A stretch of DNA of 64,000 bases from Escherichia coli (GTDB lineage: Bacteria > Pseudomonadota > Gammaproteobacteria > Enterobacterales > Enterobacteriaceae): assembly GCF_030013595.1 (NCBI RefSeq), contig NZ_CP122768.1; one strand, 5' to 3'. How positions within the stretch are numbered: the stretch's first letter is position 1; every line of letters starts with the position of its first letter. Positions 39,428 to 48,394 of this stretch are shown one piece after another. The translations under genes were made by a program, and so were the position numbers. The notes under the pieces are model-generated. The model was not told the DNA's origin. It saw nothing but the letters and a program-made list of their open reading frames with translations, and did no database searches.

Positions 39428-41332
39428 TTAGAACGATGTTACCCAGCTACGGCCTCTATTTGGGCGTCTGACGATGTTTTGACGTTGTGGTCGTGTGATT
39501 GGCTTAGTTTCTTCGATTTGCTCGTCAGATTGCGATTTAGGAGCTTCTACAGGTTCTTCTGGTTCACGGTTCAAACTATCTTTGATGGCTTCGAGTTTTT
39601 CCCATGACATTTTATTGAGTACATGACGAGAAGCAGCATAGGAATAAGCCAGGCAGTCCAACGCTTCGTTTCGTGTTTGTCCAACTTTTACCCAACGTGT
39701 GGTATTACCCTGCCGTTTCAACTGTTCAGAAAGCAATTGCTCGCAATAGTCATCAGGAACGTCACCAATCTGGAAGACAGTGTGAGGATCGCCATCTCTC
39801 AAGTTCCGGTTAATCATTTCACGGATCATCGTTTTAAGGTTGTTTACGCCCAGAATTTTAAGGGTAAAACCACCCGTTCTTGTGTCTTTTACCGGAAGGA
39901 TTGGTGCATCAACATTGCTTGCGCCTTTAATGGCGGTTAGATTTTGCCACCGACTACAGAATCGATAGATCACGTTTGTAGCTCGTCCGTTCGATGAGTC
40001 CACGAAAGCAGATAACATCGGGATTCGTTCACCGGATCGGGTATAGAATTTAGCTTTCAGGAAGTTGTAAAGCTGGTTATATGCTGGTGATTCGTGGCGT
40101 TCGCAGTTCACATCATAGAATGATCGGTGATCAACTACGCATAGCCCTTTACGAGAAATACCCAGCAAGGTAGATTCCAGACGGTCTTTTTGCTGGTCAA
40201 CTCCACCTACCAGAGCCAGTACATCATCAGGAATATTGTCTAGGCTAATATCAGTTTTCAGCGTTTCTAATTCGTCGGCTGTGCGGTCTTCGTTAAGATC
40301 ATCGAAGGTTTCACCGAGGACTGTATTGTAGAACGTTGCCAGGGACATATTCGCGTAGCTATCAGCAAAGTCCACCACACACGCACGGATAGAACTAAAC
40401 GGAGACATAAGGCGGTTAGCATGAAAACCGATTACTTCCGCGTTTGGTTCGGTGGCGACCCATTCTCCCTGTCCAACAGCACGTAGGCGATCACCCTCGG
40501 TCCAATCGGTTTCACATTCAGGGCAACGGTAAACGGCTGTATCTGGGTTGGGTAATGATTTACCGTTAATCGTATGCCAATCGAAATGTACGTTACTCCA
40601 TTCCATTACGTGCTTGTGTCCGCAATGCTGGCAAACGACATGATATTTTCTCTTATCCGAGAGTTCCCATTGTTGGTTAATCGCCCCATCACGAGCGGTT
40701 GGAGTGGAAGCAATTACGATCCTTGCATCTTCCCCGAAAGTGGTTGCGCGTTGTTCCGCTAGTTGGATCGGGTTCCCTTCGTCTGACTCATCAGCCGCAT
40801 CAACTTCATCAAGAATAATCAAAGGGAGTGTTTTACCGCGAAGATGTGACGGACTATTCAACGACATGAAATACATAAACGATCCGTTACGAAGCTGAAT
40901 AATCGATGAGTTGTTAACGGCATTGCGATCTGATTTGTCGGTGATCATCGCCTTTAATTCTGGTGTTGCCTCTAATACTGGCTTCACCTTACCAGCGATC
41001 CAAGAATTTAGTTCTCTAACGTTACTTTGCAACACCCCAATATTAGTAGGGTTACTCGCGATCCGATGGAAGATAATTCCGTTAAGAATCATGGTCTTAC
41101 CCAACTGTGCCGAACATTTAAACACAATTTTTCTACGGTCTTCGGTGATCGCGTCCATCATTCCACGTTGGAAGGGATGCAATTTAATTAGCGATCCGGC
41201 TTTAACACCATCGGTTGCAACTACATTAGCCTCTACCCATTCGCTAGGTTTCATCGTTTTAGGTGGGCGAATTGCCGCAGAGATATTTTTAAGAATCTTT
41301 TTTAATTTTGCCTTGTTCGAAATCAGTTTCAT
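39428..41332 (-). CDS. terminase large subunit (GpA-like)
   Basis: 634 aa; Walker A-like FKCSAQLGKTMILNG, acidic DE-rich nuclease region at C-terminus. Confidence 0.8.
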   Translation of the reverse strand: MKLISNKAKLKKILKNISAAIRPPKTMKPSEWVEANVVATDGVKAGSLIKLHPFQRGMMDAITEDRRKIVFKCSAQLGKTMILNGIIFHRIASNPTNIGVLQSNVRELNSWIAGKVKPVLEATPELKAMITDKSDRNAVNNSSIIQLRNGSFMYFMSLNSPSHLRGKTLPLIILDEVDAADESDEGNPIQLAEQRATTFGEDARIVIASTPTARDGAINQQWELSDKRKYHVVCQHCGHKHVMEWSNVHFDWHTINGKSLPNPDTAVYRCPECETDWTEGDRLRAVGQGEWVATEPNAEVIGFHANRLMSPFSSIRACVVDFADSYANMSLATFYNTVLGETFDDLNEDRTADELETLKTDISLDNIPDDVLALVGGVDQQKDRLESTLLGISRKGLCVVDHRSFYDVNCERHESPAYNQLYNFLKAKFYTRSGERIPMLSAFVDSSNGRATNVIYRFCSRWQNLTAIKGASNVDAPILPVKDTRTGGFTLKILGVNNLKTMIREMINRNLRDGDPHTVFQIGDVPDDYCEQLLSEQLKRQGNTTRWVKVGQTRNEALDCLAYSYAASRHVLNKMSWEKLEAIKDSLNREPEEPVEAPKSQSDEQIEETKPITRPQRQNIVRRPNRGRSWVTSF

Positions 41333-41498
41333 GTAATTACCCTCATTACGAAATATGAAGGTATTTATTAAATTGTTGATATTTTGATAAATATGGGTAT
41401 TAAGGCAGAGTTCTTTATGTCGGTTGACGATGGAGAACTTTTTCCGATAAAATGTAAGTCCTCTAAATAAAGGTGAACATTCACTTTAATTTGGAGAA

Positions 41499-41732
41499 AT
41501 GACTATGACTACTAAAGCTACTCGCGGTCGCCCTGCCCGTTATACTCGTGAACAGATGGCTGATATTGCCTACGCTTACTATACAGCGGATCGCGGGAAG
41601 GAAGCGAAAGAACAGATTCTTAGTGAACATGGGATTTCAGTAGCCCAATTCTATAAGAATATGAAGAAGTTAGACATTAAATTCTATGTTCAGATCGATG
41701 ACGGTCAGATCGTAGAAGCAACAGGTTTTTGA
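41499..41732 (+). CDS. small DNA-binding protein (paralog of 45446..45628)
   Basis: 77 aa; RGRPARYTRE ... pattern shared with MARPVKFTRE... of the paralog; own terminator downstream. Confidence 0.5.
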   Translation: MTMTTKATRGRPARYTREQMADIAYAYYTADRGKEAKEQILSEHGISVAQFYKNMKKLDIKFYVQIDDGQIVEATGF

Positions 41733-41740
41733 TTCTCTTT

Positions 41741-41765
41741 GCCACTCTTCGGAGTGGCTTTTTTG
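41741..41765 (+). terminator. rho-independent terminator
   Basis: GCCACTC-TTCG-GAGTGGC followed by TTTTTTG. Confidence 0.6.
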
Positions 41766-41844
41766 TATCTAAGTTATTGATTTTCTCGAACTTCACAATT
41801 TGTGGGAGTCGGGAAACATCCACAATTTGTGGGAGTTGGATAGT

Positions 41845-41872
41845 AAAAAGCCCCACCATTACGGCAGGGCTT
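41845..41872 (-). terminator. rho-independent terminator (copy 3)
   Basis: same AGCCCTGCC...GGTGGGGCT-TTTT element as at 29366 and 35168. Confidence 0.45.
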
Positions 41873-41876
41873 CTAA

Positions 41877-42428
41877 TCAGATTCCGAAGATGTCACATAG
41901 GTCGGCTGTGTGGCGTTCTTGTTTTGAATAGTAAATCCGTTCAGCTTCATATAACGTGATAGAATCATCATTAACGACGGTTTCAAACTCCCCTTCTATT
42001 ACCCTTTCTGTGTGCGCTTTACTGCGTAATTCGGCCTCTTCCATGCGATATAAGCCAATACAGATACTACCATATACACCATATTTTTTCTCGTCGAGAT
42101 GGCGACGACCTTTGCGTTGTTCGAACGGAAGATCGTAAGCGGTTATCTTTTTGCGGCGAACTCGATCATATCCACTCTCTTTGGCATCAATCATCATACT
42201 AATCAACATCCCACATTTAACAAGGGATTCAAGGCACTGACGAATAGAATTAGTTCTTGATTGTTTTAATTCTGGGTTAGGATCGTAATATGGATTATCT
42301 ATCCATGATTCATGAATAAGGAAATGTACGTCATCAGCCGTTAAAGGCCAACCACCAACACTTTCAACATCGGTCTTAGTACAATCAAACAGATCCAGAA
42401 TGAATTTCTTTTTGTGCGTCATTTTCAT
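41877..42428 (-). CDS. hypothetical protein
   Basis: 183 aa ORF. Confidence 0.45.
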   Translation of the reverse strand: MKMTHKKKFILDLFDCTKTDVESVGGWPLTADDVHFLIHESWIDNPYYDPNPELKQSRTNSIRQCLESLVKCGMLISMMIDAKESGYDRVRRKKITAYDLPFEQRKGRRHLDEKKYGVYGSICIGLYRMEEAELRSKAHTERVIEGEFETVVNDDSITLYEAERIYYSKQERHTADLCDIFGI

Positions 42429-42523
42429 AATGTTCTATCCTCAAAATACTTAAAAAGTACCATGCCGATTTTCGCGGCATGGTCAAAAAATCACCATACA
42501 CCCAATGGGCGTTTGGTTAAAAA

Positions 42524-43363
42524 TTAGATACCAAAGACAGCAAGTGATCCGGCGTTCTTACGAATCAATGCGGCGGTATTATTAACGATTGCACGAGCAT
42601 TGTTAGGCTGCGGTAATTTCAAAGTTGCTATCGTCTCTTCCTCAATCAAGCCCAATTCAACCAGCACTGGTAAACAGTCAGTTGTGAACTCAAGCTGACC
42701 ATGTGCTGATTGTCGGGCATACATGTAAGCAGGAGGAAGAACATCATAGCCACAAGGCTTACCAGAAGCATCCAGACGGCGCTCAATGTGTTTAGCCTCA
42801 CACAATCCCTTAAGAATACGTTGTACCTTCGTAGAGCCTCGTTTTTCGCCCAATAAGCGGGTTAAGCTGTGCCCGTCAATGGCACGGCGAACATGAAGAT
42901 CAATTAATTGTTCTTTTTCTTCCGCTAAAGTCAGAGCCTTACGAATCCAATCAACTTCGGTCATCTTGCTTGCGTCTGGGAAAGCGTTATTCTTTAATTC
43001 TTCATTTTCTTTCTTCAAACGCTGCCATTCATCAACCAGCATTGCGGTATAAACCGGATCGGTCTGTGCGATAACAATGTAGCTATCACGTTCAGTCAGA
43101 AGATAAACTTCAATTGGTTTGCCTTTACGGCCTAAACGGTCAGTTTTTGACCAAAACGCCACTGGCGGTTTGGTTACAATTTGAGCTTCAACCAGACGAT
43201 CAACCGTTCTCATAATATCGGTGTGACGGTTTTCACGCCCCATTAGTTCAGCAATACGCCAGGTAGAAATTGATAATTCTTTCTCTACAGAGTCATTTGC
43301 AGCAGTCAGGTCAACAGAAGAAGCAGTTTTAACAGCAGTATTCATAGTAGTAACAGTATTCAT
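42524..43363 (-). CDS. Rha-family phage regulatory protein (antirepressor-like)
   Basis: 279 aa; N-terminal segment STWRIAELMGRENRHTDIMRTVDRL fits the Rha domain pattern (recalled signature, unverified). Confidence 0.45.
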   Translation of the reverse strand: MNTVTTMNTAVKTASSVDLTAANDSVEKELSISTWRIAELMGRENRHTDIMRTVDRLVEAQIVTKPPVAFWSKTDRLGRKGKPIEVYLLTERDSYIVIAQTDPVYTAMLVDEWQRLKKENEELKNNAFPDASKMTEVDWIRKALTLAEEKEQLIDLHVRRAIDGHSLTRLLGEKRGSTKVQRILKGLCEAKHIERRLDASGKPCGYDVLPPAYMYARQSAHGQLEFTTDCLPVLVELGLIEEETIATLKLPQPNNARAIVNNTAALIRKNAGSLAVFGI

Positions 43364-43451
43364 AGTAGTAATTCCCCTTTCGGTTTAGTGATATTGATCC
43401 TCCTAGTTCCGGCATCACCACCGGAACATTTTTATTTATGATAGAAATTTA

Positions 43452-43784
43452 TTACCAATCGATTTCTACTTGGTCTTCTTCATAATAAGGAATCGCATAT
43501 TCATAACGCCAATTTTCGATGATTTCACGTTCTTCATTAGTAAGAAGGTGATTGTTAACTGGAGTCGCATTGTGATTACCAGCTTCGAATTGCTCGCGAA
43601 CTTCCAGCATTGCATGAATACCAGTTAAGGACATCAGATCAAACGGAACATGCATACTACGGGAGATTGTTTCACGGGATACGCCCCAATCATTTTCTAC
43701 ATGGCTAGGGGTTACAGAAACGGTTTTGCCGGAGATTTTAACAGTCCAGTCATACAGGGATTTAGTGATGGTAAATTCTTTCAT
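43452..43784 (-). CDS. hypothetical protein
   Basis: 110 aa ORF. Confidence 0.45.
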   Translation of the reverse strand: MKEFTITKSLYDWTVKISGKTVSVTPSHVENDWGVSRETISRSMHVPFDLMSLTGIHAMLEVREQFEAGNHNATPVNNHLLTNEEREIIENWRYEYAIPYYEEDQVEIDW

Positions 43785-43905
43785 GTTACATCCTCTTTAC
43801 AAATCTAGGTCAAATAGGTTCAAAGTTGTCAAGTGCGATAATCATAAAAAAGTTTGAAGATATTGTCAAATACCACTTGACAAGACACCAAAGGGTTGAC
43901 CTAAC

Positions 43906-44094
43906 TTACAGCATATCTAAGCCTTCATCGTAACCGTAGAAGCCATTCTGAGAAGAGAAGCAGATTGGTGCGTAGTCGTCGTCATCTTCGTCTTGTTCAT
44001 CTTGTTCTGGGGCTTCCTGAGCGGTTTCTTTGCCGTAGTTAAACATGGCTTCATCCAGTTCATAGTGGAAATCCTCTAAAAGAAAGTGAATCAA
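43906..44094 (-). CDS. small acidic protein
   Basis: 62 aa with EQDEQDEDDDD tract; first gene after the control region on the minus strand. Confidence 0.35.
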   Translation of the reverse strand: MIHFLLEDFHYELDEAMFNYGKETAQEAPEQDEQDEDDDDYAPICFSSQNGFYGYDEGLDML

Positions 44095-44743
44095 TCTAAT
44101 ATTATTTATAAAGAGAAAATTCTTGTTATTATGAAAGGAGTGATCTGGTAGAGTCCAAAACTGGTCTGTACTTGAAAGGTGATTGGATTCAGTCGGGCAA
44201 AGCCCTCCTTCATGTTTTGATTAAATCATCATCAAAACGAAGAAGTATCTTTAGAATATAAGATCTTTCTTTTGGAGAAATAATAATCAGGAAGCAATTT
44301 GGCAACCGAAGGTTGCAATCCCGAAGGGATAACCAATACCTTTCTAGAAAGTGATTGTTACTCACTTCGTTCGTTTACTAGAATCAGTTATCATCTGGTA
44401 TTAAATCCCTTTCTAAGAAAATCCTTTCAAAAGTGATTCTCGATGCCACGCAGTGGCGTCGCAGACGTTTGGGAGTGAGCGAAGCGAGCGAGCAAACTAG
44501 TTAATTCCTTCTAAGACCATCTAGTATCATCTAGTTTAAATTAGTTGTTACTAGAAGCAATTGGTTGGCGCTTCGCGCAGTCGGGCTAAAGCCCTCCTAA
44601 TTATCTTTTTGGTTATTTGTTGTTTTTAGTTTTACACATGAGCGTAGCGAATGTGTTATATAATATCTATGCACGCCCAATCCCCCGCTTTTTCCCCTCA
44701 CTAAGTTAATGTTTTATAAAGAGTTTTTCTCACCAATCCTTTT

Positions 44744-44931
44744 CGGGGGCAAATTTCAGGGGCAAAAATTAGATTTTCAGGGGCAAAAATAGTGGGTTTC
44801 AGGGGCAAAAATGAGGGGCAAAATCACTGTTTCCCAGAATTTCAGGGGCAAAAATAGTGGGTTTCAGGGGCAAAAATGGGATGTGGAATCTAGGGGATTT
44901 TGGTTCAGGGGCAAAATTCAGGGGCAATTTT
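44744..44931. repeat. iteron-like direct-repeat array, about 9 copies of TTCAGGGGCAAAAAT at mostly 21-22 bp spacing
   Basis: copies at 44757, 44777, 44799, 44842, 44864, 44905, 44918 plus degenerate copies at 44745 and 44813; two 22-bp units AGTGGGTTTCAGGGGCAAAAAT are identical. Confidence 0.65.
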
Positions 44932-44968
44932 CATAGTGTAGGGCTAGTGTAGGTTTGAAAATCCTTTG

Positions 44969-44997
44969 TTGACACTGTGTAGGATCGGTGGTATACT
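44969..44997 (+). promoter_or_regulatory. consensus sigma70 promoter (TTGACA-17 bp-TATACT)
   Basis: perfect -35 hexamer, 17-bp spacer, near-consensus -10; points toward the plus-strand right-arm genes. Confidence 0.5.
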
Positions 44998-45445
44998 TGA
45001 AAATTCGAGATAAATATGTTATAATATTTGTATTGAAAGTGAAAATTTACCGATTTTCCTTCCTATTGTTATCACCGTGTTAAATTGTTATATGTCTGTG
45101 AAGATTTGGATCTGAGAGAAAATCTTGTAACAAATCTTTACAATTCATAGCTCAATTAATGCTCACCGCTTTAGCAAAAAGTGCTATGCCTTTTTCTAAA
45201 TTGATTGAATATACATCAATTTGGTTAAATCGTGTTCTTCGCTTTAGCAATTCGTGCTGTGGTTTAACACATTTAACACGTCTGATAACATCTGAATAAC
45301 ATTTTAACATATCTCTGTTATAAATACATATATAAGAGATAAATGTGAGGGGTTGAAAAATAAAATACAATCCCATATAAATAATAGTGAGCGGTTAACG
45401 CTCTTTTTTAAGAAATCATTAATCCACATTGTAGGAGGATTCGAG

Positions 45446-45628
45446 ATGGCACGACCTGTTAAGTTCACTCGCGAAATCATCTTAGAAATGGCTAAACGCT
45501 ACTTTGAGTTAACGCCGGGTGTGAGAATTGAAGAGTGGTTTAAAAATGAGGGCATCGATAAATCAACCTTTCATAAACTGCTAAAACGATATGACATTAA
45601 AGTGAAGATTGAAGCTACCGTTTGGTAA
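45446..45628 (+). CDS. small DNA-binding protein (paralog of 41499..41732)
   Basis: ORF 45353..45628 trimmed to the ATG with TAGGAGG RBS (MARPVKFTREIIL...); 60 aa. Confidence 0.5.
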   Translation: MARPVKFTREIILEMAKRYFELTPGVRIEEWFKNEGIDKSTFHKLLKRYDIKVKIEATVW

Positions 45629-45742
45629 TCAACTTTGACTGAGAATTATATGATGGCTTTAAAAAAGAAAAAGCCTCCTTTGCTGCAACAAGGGAGGCTT
45701 GAAATGAACAATTAAAACTAACTTTCCATAGGAGTATTTATA

Positions 45743-46684
45743 ATGTTATTTTCCGCTAACTTTTTCACTAACGAAGTAACCAACGCTAAAGCAGTTATCA
45801 AATTTGGCACCGAAGCAAACAAGAAGATTCAGCCGAAAGTTGTTGCTCATGTTTCCTTTGCGCAGCAGAAATCCGCTTTCGCTGGCTTTAAAGCACATCG
45901 TGAAGCACTGATCGCGGCTGGCTTTGGTGTTGACGGTAAACTGCCTAACGGCATTCGTAAAGCAATCGACCGCGTTAAACCAGTTAAAGACGTTGCAGTA
46001 GACCACATCGTTACTTTTACCGTTAAGAACTCTTCTGAACTGTTCCACCTGGTTATTGCTGGTGATACTGCTATCGTTTCCGCTCCTAACATGGATTTTC
46101 AGGATACCGCTGATTGCCAGATCACCTTCGGTCGTCGTAAAGAAGTTACCGGAAAAGCTAAACTGAACTTCACTAAATCCGGCAATCCTTACTTTGCTGT
46201 ATTCTTTAACAGCCACGCTACCGAAAAAGAAGTTGTAGAACTGGTTGCTTATGAAGGTGAAGAGAAAGAACGTATTGAATCTTGCGAAGCATTTCTGGAA
46301 CTGGAAGCACAGGTGAATGCTGTTTCTCCGGTTGTTGAAGATCGCTTTGCTGCACTGGAAGCACAGATCGCAGAACTGAAAGCTGCACTGGAAGAAAAAG
46401 ACCAGATTATCGAAGCACAGAAAGCTGAGATTGAAGAACTGAAAGCTAAAGAAGTTGCTCCGGTGGCAGTAGTTGAAAACGCGGCTGATGAGGCCGCAAA
46501 TGATGAAGTAGAAGTGAAAATCGATGTGATGCGTGATCCGATGGCTGCACTGCAATTACTTCGTTCTTTTAAGGGCAAATCTCATTTTTCTAGTGATGTA
46601 GAAGATGAGGAAGAAGAACAGAAACGCAATGCTGCAATGCTTCATGATGAAATGTACGGTACTAACTTTTCTTACTGCCAATAA
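45743..46684 (+). CDS. hypothetical protein with central coiled-coil and acidic C-terminus (moron-like)
   Basis: 313 aa; AGGAG RBS; codon usage (CTG, CGT, GGT, AAA, GAA, AAC, TTC) resembles highly expressed E. coli genes and differs from the rest of the prophage. Confidence 0.6.
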   Translation: MLFSANFFTNEVTNAKAVIKFGTEANKKIQPKVVAHVSFAQQKSAFAGFKAHREALIAAGFGVDGKLPNGIRKAIDRVKPVKDVAVDHIVTFTVKNSSELFHLVIAGDTAIVSAPNMDFQDTADCQITFGRRKEVTGKAKLNFTKSGNPYFAVFFNSHATEKEVVELVAYEGEEKERIESCEAFLELEAQVNAVSPVVEDRFAALEAQIAELKAALEEKDQIIEAQKAEIEELKAKEVAPVAVVENAADEAANDEVEVKIDVMRDPMAALQLLRSFKGKSHFSSDVEDEEEEQKRNAAMLHDEMYGTNFSYCQ

Positions 46685-46712
46685 AAAAAGGGACTCCGAA
46701 GAGTCCCTAGTA
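46684..46712 (-). terminator. rho-independent terminator (reads as terminator on minus strand)
   Basis: GGGACTC-CGAA-GAGTCCC with A-run on the plus strand (T-run on minus). Confidence 0.5.
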
Positions 46713-46968
46713 AGTTTAGGTTAGGTTTGCACAACAAAGATGAGGTTATAATGAATATAATGCTACATTATTCTTTAAAGCCAGAAAAATAACCGCCCCC
46801 TTCGGGGCGGGAGGATTAATACTCAATCTATACTTGTTATGTTTTTATGTTGTATAGTCACTGACTATGAAAACACTGTACTGAATGTGTTTTATGGCTT
46901 TTAATCGGGAACTCTCTTTCGAAAATTCCCTGTTAAAACCACATAAGGAGAAAAGGCAGATTACAATA

Positions 46969-47253
46969 TTATTTAGTCTGTTTGAAAACGAACGTTAAAA
47001 ATTCGATTAAGCAATATACCCAAAGTACGGTCAGCATCAAATGCATAGCAATAGTTGGATGGAAGTTAAAAAGTGTCATACTAACTAGGCCAACAATATA
47101 AGAAATTCCTTCGACAATTAACGCAAGGCTAGCAAATGCAACAAACGCACCTAAGAATAATTCGCCTCGTTCTTTCGGTTCGGTTCCGAGTTTATAAGCA
47201 GAGATAGCAGCCAGAATAGTAATGATGACAGCATAGGTAATAAAAGTAGCCAT
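46969..47253 (-). CDS. small inner-membrane protein (2-3 TM)
   Basis: 94 aa, almost entirely hydrophobic. Confidence 0.5.
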   Translation of the reverse strand: MATFITYAVIITILAAISAYKLGTEPKERGELFLGAFVAFASLALIVEGISYIVGLVSMTLFNFHPTIAMHLMLTVLWVYCLIEFLTFVFKQTK

Positions 47254-47345
47254 AGTTTTATATCCTCTTAAAAGTTAAGCGGGGGATGTTCTCCCCCGTA
47301 GACGTTGACCATCAACATCTTTCATACATTTATTTATAACGCGTT

Positions 47346-47903
47346 TTAAGACACATCAAATTCATCGTCTTCTTCTGGTTCTTGTTCTTCCGGTTCATCC
47401 ATTAATGGTAATTCTTCTTCCTCGTCTTCTCCCAAATCTGCATTTTCGAACAAGTCCCCTACTTCATTTAAACGACGCTCGATGATCTCCCTTAGCTTAT
47501 TCTTTAATGTTTTCTGGTCATTGGCAGATTCGAGAATTTCTAGGGCATCGATCGTACAAATCTGCAAAATAGTCTGCTTCACTTTCCCGCAATATTCCGC
47601 TAGTTGCTGTTCTACATAACCGACAGGAATCAGGAGGTTCATTTTTTCCTGATTCTCTCGTTCGGCTGCATCTGCCATTGCTCTTTCTCTGCGGAGACGT
47701 TCTTGATCAATCGCTTCTTTGATTGAAGTTTGTTTAAGTGGGTTAATTACGTTCTTTAGCACCCAATCGCAACCTTCCTTTGCCGGAACACGCCTCTTAT
47801 TGGTATTGTAAGGTAGTCCCCTTTCTAACCATCGCTTACCGCCACCATTCAATGTATAGCCATATAAACGGGAAATTTCTGTAAGGGTTAATTCTTCTTT
47901 CAT
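47346..47903 (-). CDS. wHTH DNA-binding protein, Nu1-like (terminase small subunit candidate or regulator)
   Basis: 185 aa; N-terminal LTEISRLYGYTLNGGGKRWLERGLPY resembles the recalled lambda Nu1 LADIFGASIRTIQNWQEQGMP...GGGKG region; acidic C-terminal tail. Confidence 0.4.
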   Translation of the reverse strand: MKEELTLTEISRLYGYTLNGGGKRWLERGLPYNTNKRRVPAKEGCDWVLKNVINPLKQTSIKEAIDQERLRRERAMADAAERENQEKMNLLIPVGYVEQQLAEYCGKVKQTILQICTIDALEILESANDQKTLKNKLREIIERRLNEVGDLFENADLGEDEEEELPLMDEPEEQEPEEDDEFDVS

Positions 47904-48394
47904 TGGTTATCCTCCATTAAATTTGCGTAATTTTATTTATTGGTTTTACGCAAAATCTAAGCGCCTAAATCGCATTCTAACGAAGGGAAAGATCCAGTAA
48001 TGGTAAGGGCTAGGAAGTGGGTTAATAGTCGCGTAGCGACCGCGCTAGGACTGCACTGATCACGTTTTAAAATCTCACACGCACATCAAAAACCGGGGTG
48101 CCGAAAACTCGCTTTATCTGACCCCGATCCAGAACCTAAATCATTTGTCAAGTCTTTCCGATTCAGTAAAGGGGAACATGCATCTAAGCTAGAGAAGCTC
48201 ATAAAGACTAAGTATGAATGCGGTGTTGTTAGTCGGGATGATATGCGAGACGGTTACACTGAAACGCTACCATTTGAAGCATTGCCGGAGATCATCACTA
48301 TCACCAACAAAATGATAAGCGAAAGCATCCTCGTAAGTAATTGATTCCTAAGCCCTGTCCTTGTGATGGGGCTTTTTTATTGGAAAAATTTTAG

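Noticed and set aside
41877-42428. 183-aa ORF immediately upstream of the terminase large subunit as the terminase small subunit
   Set aside because: No HTH or oligomerisation features recognisable, and a terminator plus an opposite-strand gene lie between it and the large subunit; kept as hypothetical.
44150-44700. Possible tRNA or tmRNA gene among the hairpins (CAGTCGGGCAAAGCCC, GCAACCGAAGGTTGC, CCCGAAGGG)
   Set aside because: Could not assemble a cloverleaf with acceptor stem and T-arm (no GTTC-like T-loop); left as unassigned structured non-coding sequence within the control-region finding.
44744-44931. Possible CRISPR array
   Set aside because: Repeat unit is only about 14 bp with 7-8 bp irregular spacers, there are no cas genes, and the period matches iteron or binding-site arrays rather than CRISPR.
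45152-45376. 74-aa minus-strand ORF in the control region
   Set aside because: Overlaps operator-like palindromes and AT-rich promoter DNA; no RBS; implausible composition.
45746-46578. 269-aa and 109-aa minus-strand ORFs overlapping the 313-aa moron gene
   Set aside because: The plus-strand frame has a strong RBS and biased codon usage; the antisense frames are Phe/Ser-rich with no initiation signals.
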